Assembly: GCA_016202615.1 (NCBI GenBank)
Contig: JACQOI010000216.1
Coordinates: forward strand, 1-44,657
Direction of reading: 5' to 3'
Length of the DNA stretch: 44,657 nt
Source of the DNA: Betaproteobacteria bacterium
GTDB taxonomy: Bacteria > Pseudomonadota > Gammaproteobacteria > Burkholderiales > SG8-41
Positions 8,790 through 17,257 of this stretch are shown here, piece by piece; position 1 is the stretch's first letter, and every line of letters begins with the position of its first letter. The notes beneath the pieces were generated by a model. That model worked only from the letters and a program-made list of their open reading frames with translations. It made no database searches and had not been told where the DNA came from. The position numbers were made by a program, and so were the translations under genes.

Positions 8790-9443
8790 TCAGCCCGCGC
8801 GTGAACCGCGGAAGCGGCCGCCCGCCTGATAGTAAATGATCTTGGCGAGTTCGAGAACGGTGTTGCGCGCCGATTCCTGGTCATGCCACCAATCGACTGC
8901 GTAAGGCTCGTATGGCGTAGCGACAAAACGCAAGGTGACTTCCGAGCCGGCGAACCCGTCGCTGAAAACCATGCGGCTGCGGCGAATATGGTAAGACGAA
9001 GTGACGATCAGGACGGCCAGGCGCTGTCCGGCAAACAACTGCTTGAGCTGCTCTGCTTCGTCGGCGGTGCTCAACGACGTTGCCGGAAAAGACAGAACGT
9101 GCGCTGTCGGCACTCCTTTGCGCTGCAGGATAGCCAGGCTGATTTCGTGCTCGGTCGGAATTTTAAGGCCGAGTTCGTCAAGCAGCCGATGCGATCCCTC
9201 GCGGGCGGGCTGACTCAGATAAATGCGCGATGCCTGCCCCGACGCATACAGGTCGGCGGCATATAGCGTGCGTTCGAAAGCGCCACCCAGAACGATGATC
9301 GCATCTGCCGGCTGCGGTGCGTCGGCCGCACTCAACCAGCGGCCTGCATAGCCGAGAGCCGCCAACGACACTACGGCGGTCAGCGCAAGCGCGCCACACA
9401 CCCAGAACAGGCAGCATTTCAGGCAGGATTTTTGTGATTTCAT
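8790..9443 (-). CDS. YdcF/ElyC-family (DUF218) envelope protein, 217 aa
   Basis: Trimmed to the ATG at 9443-9441 (MKSQKSCLKCCLFWVCGALALTAVV = signal/anchor). DUF218 motifs ADAIIVLGGAFERTLYAADLY and LAVLIVTSSYHIRRS. Confidence 0.75.
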   Translation of the reverse strand: MKSQKSCLKCCLFWVCGALALTAVVSLAALGYAGRWLSAADAPQPADAIIVLGGAFERTLYAADLYASGQASRIYLSQPAREGSHRLLDELGLKIPTEHEISLAILQRKGVPTAHVLSFPATSLSTADEAEQLKQLFAGQRLAVLIVTSSYHIRRSRMVFSDGFAGSEVTLRFVATPYEPYAVDWWHDQESARNTVLELAKIIYYQAGGRFRGSRAG

Positions 9444-9812
9444 GGGTCTGGTTCCGGCGCCGGGCCGGAACGATAAACAACGATGCCATCTTCCTTCTGA
9501 TGGTGGATTGACGTGGAGCAAAATGCCTCACTCCGCACGCATGGTCGGGAGTTTCCTTGTTGCCGGCGACACCTCTTGTGCGCGGATACAGGGAAAGAGG
9601 TATTGGAACAGGACTTCCGTGCCAACTCAAGAAGCAACGGCAGTATCCGTTCCCTCGCCCGTGAGCATGCCTACTCCGGGGTGCCTGCCTACGGCCCTGA
9701 AACGCGTGCGCAGAGTTCCTTTGCGAACAACGCGATGCGCGCGCCCGAAACCCCGGCGAGGTTTCAAGGCATACTACGAGGGGCGACTGACCACCGGGAT
9801 CGCGGGAATTCA
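9444..9812. promoter_or_regulatory. Divergent intergenic region (369 bp) between ydcF-like (-) and the GT-C-like membrane protein gene (+); presumed divergent promoters
   Basis: One of only six noncoding gaps over 100 bp in the window, flanked by divergently oriented genes. Contains a GC hairpin GTTCCGGC-N5-GCCGGAAC at 9451-9471. No confident -35/-10 assignment. Confidence 0.35.
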
Positions 9813-11381
9813 ATGACCAACAGATATCTTGAACCCCCGGCGGGCAGCGACGGCAATCCGATCTCCGCTCTCGCGCTTGCGGTCGGCGTGATCTGGTATC
9901 TGGTGCTTGGGACGGGCATTGTTTCAGACGATTTTGCGTTGATCGTCACGTTGTCCAAGCTGTCGCCGGAAGAAATGCTGTTGCCGACGGCGGCGTCAAT
10001 CGCTACCCCCCTGACGCATTTCACCCACGCGTGGCCGTACCACCTTATCCAGTTCCACGGGGTGATTTTCTACGACTTTCTTAAAGCGCTGTACGTCACG
10101 CTGGCGTTCCTGATGCTGCGGAGTTTTTTCGGGCTCTGGCTCGGCGCCGGGAAATCGATCATCGTCGCCGGGCTTTTCGTTTTTTACCCGATCCATGATG
10201 CCGTGACTTACTGGTTCATGGGGCAGTACCTGCTGCTGTCTTTCGCGTTGTATGCGTTCGCATTTTTCCTGCTCGAGCGCGGACGACCGGTTGCTTCCTT
10301 TGTATTCGGACTGTCGGGATCCTTCATCAGTTATGGGTCTACTGCCATTGCATGCGGGCTGGCGCTGATATTCGTGATGCGCAAGGATTTCAGGCGGGCT
10401 GCGCTGCTGCTGGCCCCCAATCTGATCTATGCAGGGTATTACCTGTTCGTTGCCGTTCATCTTGGAAAAGGAGTCAACCGCATTCCTTCTGACCTCGGTA
10501 TCGCTGCATTGGCAAGACAGTACCTGCTGCAAGTCGCGACCTTTATCGACTCTGCAATTGGCCCTTCTTTCTGGCTGAAGGTTTTTTTTGCGCTGGGGGA
10601 GCTGACGCTGGTCTCGGCGGTCATTGGCGCGACAGTGTGGTTCGCGCTGAGTCGACTGCGTGATGAAAGCGGGGCGGGCGCCGCACGCGGGGAACTCATT
10701 TGGGGTGCGCTCGCCACGACGCTTGCCGCATTCGCGCTGTTCTCGGTTACCGGGTTCTATCCCCAGATCGCGTTCAATCTGGGCGACCGCGTTACGATTT
10801 TCGGCAATTTCCTCATGGTTGCCCTATTGGCCGCGCTGCCCTGGAATCGAAGGCTATGGCTGGCGGCGCTCGGACTCTACGTCGCCGTTGTCTTCGGCGT
10901 GTCGGACCACTGGAAGGCGTGGAACCTGCACCAACAGGCCGTGATCGAGAGGATCGGCGTCAATGCCGGCTTGCGGCAAATATTGCCTGGGCAGGTCCTA
11001 TTCGTTACCGGCAATCAATACAGCAGATTCGGCCGCATCAGCCATCTCGAATTTTTTTCGGAAGCATGGGTAGTCAACTCGGTGTTTGCGTTGGCCTTGT
11101 CGCGACCGCCCGCATACGAAGTGACGCCGCTCAATGCGCGATTTCACTACGCAGACGGTTATCTGGTCGATCGCAAGTACGCAACGAAGCGTCCCGTGCG
11201 CGAATCCATCTGGATTTACGACTCGGAAGGCGACCGGCTGGCCGAGCTGCCGGTTGCCGGCATCAACGCCTACATTGAAAGAATGCCCAGGGACTACCGG
11301 AATTGGGTGCAGTTTCTTGGCGATGGACCGCTCAAGCGCGCAATCCTGTTCCTCATGCCGCGCCTGGAGTACGCCTTCTGA
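9813..11381 (+). CDS. Large polytopic membrane protein with C-terminal soluble domain; GT-C-like (ArnT/PMT-type) glycosyltransferase or polymerase candidate, 522 aa
   Basis: Track ORF 9513..11381 (GTG) trimmed to the ATG at 9813 (MTNRYLEPPAGSDGNPISALALAVGVIWYL). An alternative in-frame ATG lies at 9735. About 11 hydrophobic helices are followed by a ~170-aa hydrophilic C-terminus. Family call is tentative. Confidence 0.45.
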   Translation: MTNRYLEPPAGSDGNPISALALAVGVIWYLVLGTGIVSDDFALIVTLSKLSPEEMLLPTAASIATPLTHFTHAWPYHLIQFHGVIFYDFLKALYVTLAFLMLRSFFGLWLGAGKSIIVAGLFVFYPIHDAVTYWFMGQYLLLSFALYAFAFFLLERGRPVASFVFGLSGSFISYGSTAIACGLALIFVMRKDFRRAALLLAPNLIYAGYYLFVAVHLGKGVNRIPSDLGIAALARQYLLQVATFIDSAIGPSFWLKVFFALGELTLVSAVIGATVWFALSRLRDESGAGAARGELIWGALATTLAAFALFSVTGFYPQIAFNLGDRVTIFGNFLMVALLAALPWNRRLWLAALGLYVAVVFGVSDHWKAWNLHQQAVIERIGVNAGLRQILPGQVLFVTGNQYSRFGRISHLEFFSEAWVVNSVFALALSRPPAYEVTPLNARFHYADGYLVDRKYATKRPVRESIWIYDSEGDRLAELPVAGINAYIERMPRDYRNWVQFLGDGPLKRAILFLMPRLEYAF

Positions 11382-11413
11382 TTCCGCCAATGATTGCGAC
11401 TTAGCCTGAAAAG

Positions 11414-12376
11414 TCAACGGCCGGCGGGACGGGATTTCAGGAAATAATAATGAATGCCTTGCCAGGTCCCGATTGATTTTCCGAGATCGATGATCAGCCC
11501 GACAACACCTAATCCAAGCACCGCCTCAAGCGGATGCTCTTTGTAAAAATCGATACTTCGTGATTTCAAAATCGGCAGGAAAAAAGTTCTTGTCAGAAAA
11601 TAAAACAGGAATACGGCCAGGGCAGCCTTGACGGAAATCGCGAGTATGCCCATGAACAATAATGGAGAAATGACATAAAAGTAAGGTGTCGAATACCCCT
11701 CTATCGCCACCGAGGGCTTGGCGTACAAAACGGATTTTTTGTAAAGTTGAGCAAGGCTTGACGAAAAATTAAAGCCGATATAACGAATTCTTACGTCTTC
11801 ATTAATGCCTCTCTTGATTCCCAGTTTTTTGAGCTTGATCATCCAGGCGACATCGTAGCCCGCGCGTCTGCCTTCCAGCAGCAAGCCTGCTTTTTCAAAT
11901 ATTGTTTTTCTTGCGAGAGTCGTCGGAAAACAGGGCCGATACCTTTTGTAGCCGTAAGTCTGGGCTATGGCGCAGCGATCGACCCAATTCTTGCCGATCA
12001 GATAAACCACGCCGGAGACGACATCGACATCATTTGCTTGTGAAAAGTGAAACTGTTTTTCGAGCCAGTTCCTTTCGAAGTTCTGGCCGCAATCCATGAA
12101 TGCCACCCATTCGGTGCCGGCGCGACGAATTCCCGCATTCTTGGATGAGGCGGGGTTATCGGTGTTCTCGAAAATATTGAAGAATCGCGTGGCATACCTG
12201 TGCTGATTGTTCCGGATCCAGTTATCGGCAACATCGAAAGTATCGTCGGTGGACGACGAATTCACAAAAATGGCCGCTGTGGCGGGCAGGGTCTGCTCGC
12301 CCACGCGCTCGAGCGTAAATTCAATGTTTTCTTTTTCGTTGTGATAAGGAACTATTACTGTGATATCGGGGTTCAT
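11414..12376 (-). CDS. Family 2 glycosyltransferase with C-terminal membrane helices, 320 aa
   Basis: Canonical GT2 start MNPDITVIVPYHNEKENIEFTL, then FVNSSSTDDT and the acidic motif AFMDCG. Hydrophobic C-terminus. Visibly AT-richer than the flanks (hand counts 26-27 G+C per 60 nt at 11521-11640). Confidence 0.85.
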   Translation of the reverse strand: MNPDITVIVPYHNEKENIEFTLERVGEQTLPATAAIFVNSSSTDDTFDVADNWIRNNQHRYATRFFNIFENTDNPASSKNAGIRRAGTEWVAFMDCGQNFERNWLEKQFHFSQANDVDVVSGVVYLIGKNWVDRCAIAQTYGYKRYRPCFPTTLARKTIFEKAGLLLEGRRAGYDVAWMIKLKKLGIKRGINEDVRIRYIGFNFSSSLAQLYKKSVLYAKPSVAIEGYSTPYFYVISPLLFMGILAISVKAALAVFLFYFLTRTFFLPILKSRSIDFYKEHPLEAVLGLGVVGLIIDLGKSIGTWQGIHYYFLKSRPAGR

Positions 12377-13430
12377 ATTTGTGTTTTAGATATCCCTTAA
12401 ACCATTCGATGGTCTTGGCAACGCCTGCTTCAAACGGATGTCCGGGCGCCCAGCCGAAATCCTGATTCACTTTTTCGAAGTCCATGTACTGGCAGTCGAT
12501 CTCGCCGACGGTTTTTTTTCCTTCCATCATTTTCGCGACATCCCTGAAAGCGCGCTCCCGGCCTGCGAGTCGGTAAACGGTTTCCAGGATCTCGCGAACC
12601 GATCTTGGCGCGTTGGTCCCGGCGTTATAAATCCGGCCGCGAACTTTGGCGGGATTGCGGGCAAGGCCCTCTCCAATGCGCAGGTAGAGGTCGGCGACAT
12701 CCTCGACAAAAATGAAATCCCTGATCTGCCGGCCATTGCCCCTCGGAATAAATGTTCCGTAGCCCAGGCAGGCCCTGACCGAGTCAGGGATAACCGCCGA
12801 GAAATTGAGCTGACCGGGCCCGAAGATATTGCAGAATCTCGTGACCACGACCGGCAGGTTGTAAATTTCAGTGGCGTAGCACTGGGCGATTATGTCGGCG
12901 CATGCCTTGGAAACGTCGTAAGGATACCTGGGTATAAGAGGATAGTCCTCCCGGTAGGGCATTTTTTCCCGTGGATAATTGCCGTATGCCTTGTCGGATG
13001 AAGCGACGATAACCGACTTGATGGTTTGCGGGCAGGATCTGATTGCCTCGAGCAAAGAGTAGGCGCCTTTGATGTTGGTTTCAAAGGTCAAATAGGGGTT
13101 GGCGAGGCCAACCCCAACCTCGACTTGCGCGGCGAGATGAAAGACGGCTTGAATTTGTTCCTCGGAAACAATGCGCGCGAGCAGATCCCTGTCCGTGACG
13201 TGACCTTCGATCAGCGTAATCTTCTCGTTTAATTTTTCATAGAACAGCAGTGTGTCGTGTTTGGCGTTTCTGATGAGCCCGAAAACGTTGGCGCCTTTTT
13301 CCAGCAGCAGTTTGGCCAGATTGCCGCCGATGAATCCGTTAATGCCGGTGATGAACACATTCTTGCCGAACCAATAGCCGATTTCTCTTGTTTTCATTTT
13401 CAATGCGCTTTTATCTTGCCGCGAACTCAT
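12321..13430 (-). CDS. NAD-dependent NDP-sugar 4,6-dehydratase/epimerase-family SDR (CDP-glucose-dehydratase-like), 369 aa
   Basis: VFITGINGFIGGNLAKLL Rossmann motif, SSDKAYG and YDVSKACAD (S/YxxxK triad). Start is either ATG 13430 or ATG 13397 (MKTREIGYWFGKN). The 3' end overlaps the GT2 gene by 56 nt with both frames intact. Confidence 0.8.
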   Translation of the reverse strand: MSSRQDKSALKMKTREIGYWFGKNVFITGINGFIGGNLAKLLLEKGANVFGLIRNAKHDTLLFYEKLNEKITLIEGHVTDRDLLARIVSEEQIQAVFHLAAQVEVGVGLANPYLTFETNIKGAYSLLEAIRSCPQTIKSVIVASSDKAYGNYPREKMPYREDYPLIPRYPYDVSKACADIIAQCYATEIYNLPVVVTRFCNIFGPGQLNFSAVIPDSVRACLGYGTFIPRGNGRQIRDFIFVEDVADLYLRIGEGLARNPAKVRGRIYNAGTNAPRSVREILETVYRLAGRERAFRDVAKMMEGKKTVGEIDCQYMDFEKVNQDFGWAPGHPFEAGVAKTIEWFKGYLKHKYEPRYHSNSSLSQRKRKH

Positions 13431-14100
13431 GGATGTTTGCTTCGGCCTCTTCCAGTTCGCGAAGTGTATTCACGGTAATATGAATTCCCCGATGCCTGAA
13501 ACCCTTTAGTTTTCGTTGGGAGCCTAAAAACTGTAAGAACCGGGCATAGCTTGAAAAATCCTTCATCCAGGAAAGGACTTCGTTTTCAAAATAGAAATTG
13601 CCGATATTGATCCACTGATCCAGGATCGGCTTTTCCCGGAAGCTCGTGACATATCCGTCCTGATCGAGCGCTGCCAGTCCAAATTGGCTCTTGAGGGGGT
13701 AAAGAGTAATGGTCGCTTTCGCGCCATGAGAGAAGTGGAACTCCTGAAGCCGGTTAAGATCAACGTCGGCCAGGGTATCGCCATACAGGAGGATAAAGTC
13801 ACCTTTGATATGAGGGGAGCAGGCCTTGATTCTCTCGATGATATCAACGTCGCCGGAGTTCACTATCGTTACATTCAGATCGCGATGATGGTCCGCGAAA
13901 AACAGGTCTATTTTTTCCGCTTGAAAACCGGCCGCGATAATAACATGCTCGATTCCGAATTTCCCGATATGGTCGAGAAGATAGCTCAGGATCGGGCGGC
14001 CTTTCAGGTGCAGCAGAGGCTTGGGGATGGATTCGGTCAATGGTCTGAGGCGTTCGCCCTTGCCGCCGCATAATACCAGTGCCGTCGGGTTATTTTTCAT
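13411..14100 (-). CDS. Sugar-1-phosphate nucleotidyltransferase (NTP_transferase family), 229 aa
   Basis: Trimmed to the ATG at 14100-14098 (MKNNPTALVLCGGKGERLRPLTESIPKPLLHL = G-x-G-x-R-L signature). The 18 codons upstream in the track ORF run into the repeat element. Confidence 0.85.
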   Translation of the reverse strand: MKNNPTALVLCGGKGERLRPLTESIPKPLLHLKGRPILSYLLDHIGKFGIEHVIIAAGFQAEKIDLFFADHHRDLNVTIVNSGDVDIIERIKACSPHIKGDFILLYGDTLADVDLNRLQEFHFSHGAKATITLYPLKSQFGLAALDQDGYVTSFREKPILDQWINIGNFYFENEVLSWMKDFSSYARFLQFLGSQRKLKGFRHRGIHITVNTLRELEEAEANIHEFAAR

Positions 14101-14140
14101 TTGGCTGATTCCAGCGGCGTCTCCGGAAGCCCCCTCGAAA

Positions 14141-14246
14141 TCCCTCCCCTTCAAGGGGAGGGCTAGGGTGGGGATGGGTTAAAACAACGCGATGTGTATT
14201 CGCTCGCCCCACCCCCATCCTGATCTTCCCCCTGAGAGGGAAGGGA
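14141..14246. repeat. Inverted doublet of a ~38-bp G/C-tract repeat (REP/BIME-like)
   Basis: Copy A, 14141-14179: TCCCTCCCCTTCAAGGGGAGGGCTAGGGTGGGGATGGGT, containing the hairpin CCCTCCCCT-TCA-AGGGGAGGG. Copy B, 14207-14246: its reverse complement reads TCCCTTCCCTCTCAGGGGGAAGATCAGGATGGGGGTGGGG. The two copies are tail-to-tail with a 27-bp spacer. Confidence 0.6.
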
Positions 14247-14345
14247 CGGCGAGCAGGGCTCGATCATTGAATAGTAACGAGCCGCGAAACCGGGCACAAG
14301 GAGAACGCCAATTCGGCGACGGCCTGGTCTTGTTGATATTGCGAA

Positions 14346-15179
14346 TCATGAGGCCGCCGGGTCCGCGCCGCGCCATCGGTACCAATCCCAGTCGCCGTGA
14401 AGCTTTTGTTTGAAGACTCGCACCGAGTCGATACCGAGGACATCGGTGCGGCACAGCAACAACGGATCGCGTGACGGGCCGTTGCTGCCGAAGCGGCTGC
14501 CGGCCCCTATCGTGTAGCCCGCCGCCGCCGCCGCATCCCGTACGCGCCGGTCCACCGCGCCGTGCGGATAGGACAGGCCTGTGACGGCGCGGCCCGTAAC
14601 GTCCTCAAGATAAGCTTTGCTCGTTGCAAGCTCATCATGCAGCGCGCGCTCGTCGAGCCCGGTCAAGGGGGTGTGCGTTGCTCCATGGGAGCCGATCGTG
14701 ACGCCGGGCAGCGCCGCCAGTTCCTTCAGTTCGCCGGGGGTGAGGTAGTTGCCGGAGCCCTGCCGCATGAAGCCGGTGCAAACGAAAACCGTGAACGGAA
14801 TACCGTGCTTTTGCAACACCGGCGCCGCGCGATAAAGGTTATCGCGATAACCATCGTCGAAAGTGACCGCGACGCGCAGCGGTTCGGTCGCGGTGAGCCC
14901 CTGCTCCAGACCCACGATCGAAGCGCTATCGTAATCGGCAAGCGCGGCGACCTGTTGCGCGAACAAATCCGGGGCCATGCTGTAAATGCCGAGTGCGTCG
15001 TCTGCGGCAGCCGACCCGACGGCGTGATACATCAGCACCCGAAAACCGGTGCGGGGCGCAGCGGCGCATCGCGCCAGCGCAATCGTCCCGGAGACGCCGC
15101 GCGTGAATATCCGGCGCCAGCGCATCATCGCGCGGGCCTCGTCGGGCGCGGGTTTCGGGCGAAGCGAGAGCGGTCCCAT
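14346..15179 (-). CDS. Polysaccharide deacetylase (CE4 / NodB-homology domain), 277 aa
   Basis: Motifs VAVTFDDGYRDN (Asp-Asp metal/catalytic motif), TIGSHGATH (His-His) and LSYPHG. ATG 15179 directly abuts the stop of the FemAB-like gene (15180-15182). Confidence 0.85.
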   Translation of the reverse strand: MGPLSLRPKPAPDEARAMMRWRRIFTRGVSGTIALARCAAAPRTGFRVLMYHAVGSAAADDALGIYSMAPDLFAQQVAALADYDSASIVGLEQGLTATEPLRVAVTFDDGYRDNLYRAAPVLQKHGIPFTVFVCTGFMRQGSGNYLTPGELKELAALPGVTIGSHGATHTPLTGLDERALHDELATSKAYLEDVTGRAVTGLSYPHGAVDRRVRDAAAAAGYTIGAGSRFGSNGPSRDPLLLCRTDVLGIDSVRVFKQKLHGDWDWYRWRGADPAAS

Positions 15180-16196
15180 TCACATGACATTGCGGCGCAT
15201 CCCGATCAACCAGTTGGCGGGCAGCGAAATCAAACCCGGGTATGCCCATTCCCATTCGCCCAGGTATTCGATGGGCGTGGCGCCGGTTCCTTTCTTGAAA
15301 TCATATACGCCTCGATTGCCGGCGGGGTCCACCCCGGCTAGATCGTAATGCCGGATGCCTTGTTGATGGCAGTGCTGCGTCAGCGCCCAGAACGCCGCGT
15401 ACGAAGCGTACGATTTGCGTCCCGCCACCGCGGTCGCAGCGAGCAGATCCCACGCCTTGTCACCCATCACCGCGCAAGCGCGGCACGCAAGCATCGCGCC
15501 GCTTGCGTCGCGGCAGCGATAGACGACGACGCGGTCGCCGAGATGCTCGAACAATGAGCGCAGGTAATCCTTGGAATGTTGTTGCGCAAGATGCTTGTAG
15601 TCCTCCATGTCCGTGTAGATAGACCGCAGCGCTGACGCATCGGGCGCAGCCCAGCGATCCACCGTCAGCCCATACTTTTCGGAGCGCTTCAGGTTATGGC
15701 GCCAGTTTCTGCTGCAGGCGGCGAGCCGATCCGCTTCCGGCCGCGCGAGGTCATAGTGCAGGCTCAATCCAGTCGTGAGCCGGGCGCGCGGCCGGCGCCA
15801 GCCGCGGTCTGCCAGCAGTCGCTCATCGTCATCGTGACGGTTCTTGAAAGAGTTAAAGCGGCAGTAGAGCGCTCTGAGGCCGGTGCCATGAAAAACCGCG
15901 TGCTGAAAATCTTCGTTCCATGCCGCGACTTCGCCGGCGGGTCCGCCCGGCATCCACATCACGCCTGTGCCGCACGGATAGCGGCGCAGCAGTCCCTGCG
16001 CCATTGCGACGATGCGTTCGCCATCGAAAGCCGCCCAGCGGTACGGGGCCCAACCTGATGCGCGGCGGTGCTCGCCCCACGCGAGCGTCTGGTAAATCGA
16101 ATAGCCGTCGTGTGCATGCAGATCGCGGTCCCAGCCGGCGAGCGCCTGCACATCGGCGATGAGTTTCCACGTCACCACAGGAAGCTCGCCATCCAT
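15180..16196 (-). CDS. FemAB-family (GNAT-fold) acyl/aminoacyl transferase, 338 aa
   Basis: Length and layout match a duplicated GNAT-like domain. C-terminal YDLAGVDPAGNRGVYDFKKGTG resembles the FemAB/lipid II glycyltransferase-like family found in EPS loci. Identified by eye only. Confidence 0.6.
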   Translation of the reverse strand: MDGELPVVTWKLIADVQALAGWDRDLHAHDGYSIYQTLAWGEHRRASGWAPYRWAAFDGERIVAMAQGLLRRYPCGTGVMWMPGGPAGEVAAWNEDFQHAVFHGTGLRALYCRFNSFKNRHDDDERLLADRGWRRPRARLTTGLSLHYDLARPEADRLAACSRNWRHNLKRSEKYGLTVDRWAAPDASALRSIYTDMEDYKHLAQQHSKDYLRSLFEHLGDRVVVYRCRDASGAMLACRACAVMGDKAWDLLAATAVAGRKSYASYAAFWALTQHCHQQGIRHYDLAGVDPAGNRGVYDFKKGTGATPIEYLGEWEWAYPGLISLPANWLIGMRRNVM

Positions 16197-17257
16197 ACCG
16201 ACGTGTAATGCGCGGGTGCGGTAGGGGCCACCGCGTCGGGGAGTTCCGGCCAGCGGAAGCAGTCGAGTGCGAATTCCTGCAGCACGCGCGCGGCGGCAGC
16301 GGCAGCATACGCGTCGGCACGGAACGGGTAGCCATACGGCACGACGTGCTCCGGCAGCGCGTTAAACAGCGGCGGGCAGCGCGAGGGATCGAGCATCTCG
16401 CCCACGCGCTCATAGAGCAGGCGCCGCCGCGCGCACTCCGCTGCGACGTCGGTATGCGCCATCACATCGAATAACATTTGCGATGGCGCGGCGTGCGCCG
16501 GCATCCGCTGTTCGGCGTTCGGCGACGACGGCGGTACACTATGACCGCTGCCTACCCGGCGCGCCCAGCGCACGCACGTCGTGGCAAACCGCGCCGGAGC
16601 CGAGCCCGCGACGGGTACCAGACGCCTGAGGCCGTACTTGATCCGGAACGACAATGGCGCCGGCGCGGCGTCCGGCGCAAGCTGCGGCGCAAGCGCGGGC
16701 ACGAACTTCGGGTTATTTACCGCCAGCGCCGCGCCGTCCGGCGCCGGCAGCGTTTTTCTCAGGCTGAAGATGCCGAGGTCGCCGCGCGCGCCGAGCGCGC
16801 GGCCTTCGGCGTCGCGGCTGAACAGACCGTGCGCGTTGTCTTCGATCAGCGCGGCGCCGGTTCGTGCGCAGTAGCGCGCGAACACGGTGAGGTCCTGGGG
16901 AAAACCGAAATAATCGACCGCCAGCACGGCTTTCGCTGCCGGCAGCCGGGTTGAGTCGTAACCGGGAGTCAGGTCCGGCCCGACCGGATAATACCCGGGC
17001 GTCGCTTCCACTGCGTGCAGCGCGGCCAGCACTTCACGGCAAATAAACTCGGGCAGCAGAACCGTATCGCCGGCTTTAACTCCGGCGATACGCAGCGCGG
17101 CGGCAAGCGCGTGACGGCCGAAGCTGAAGTAGCGGACGTTGTCATGCCCGACAAGCTGCTCCAGCCGCCATTGCGTGAGACGGGCGGGGGGGCAATACAC
17201 GCCGCGGATCAGCTGGCGATCGACCCGCGGCAGTGCGATGCGCGCCGGACCGGTCAC
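16172..17257 (-). CDS. DegT/DnrJ/EryC1/StrS-like PLP-dependent sugar aminotransferase/dehydratase, 361 aa
   Basis: Trimmed to the GTG at 17257-17255 (VTGPARIALPRV), which overlaps the upstream TGA (GTGA). Family-like segments: FGRHALAAALRIAGVKAGDTVLLPEF, ALIEDNAHGL, and GDLGIFSLRKTLPAPDGAAL (candidate PLP lysine). Confidence 0.6.
   Translation of the reverse strand: MTGPARIALPRVDRQLIRGVYCPPARLTQWRLEQLVGHDNVRYFSFGRHALAAALRIAGVKAGDTVLLPEFICREVLAALHAVEATPGYYPVGPDLTPGYDSTRLPAAKAVLAVDYFGFPQDLTVFARYCARTGAALIEDNAHGLFSRDAEGRALGARGDLGIFSLRKTLPAPDGAALAVNNPKFVPALAPQLAPDAAPAPLSFRIKYGLRRLVPVAGSAPARFATTCVRWARRVGSGHSVPPSSPNAEQRMPAHAAPSQMLFDVMAHTDVAAECARRRLLYERVGEMLDPSRCPPLFNALPEHVVPYGYPFRADAYAAAAAARVLQEFALDCFRWPELPDAVAPTAPAHYTSVWMASFLW

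Noticed and set aside
9513-9812. A 100-codon in-frame extension upstream of the GT-C-like membrane protein (GTG 9513).
   Set aside because: The extension has no hydrophobic or conserved character. It lies in the only sizeable divergent intergenic region on the left side. ATG 9813 is followed shortly by the first transmembrane helix. An intermediate ATG at 9735 cannot be excluded.
12321-12376. The 56-nt overlap between the dehydratase-like and GT2 genes, considered as a frameshift or pseudogene signature.
   Set aside because: Both reading frames are uninterrupted. The GT2 begins with its canonical N-terminus at ATG 12376, and the dehydratase simply carries a basic C-terminal tail. Neither gene shows evidence of truncation.
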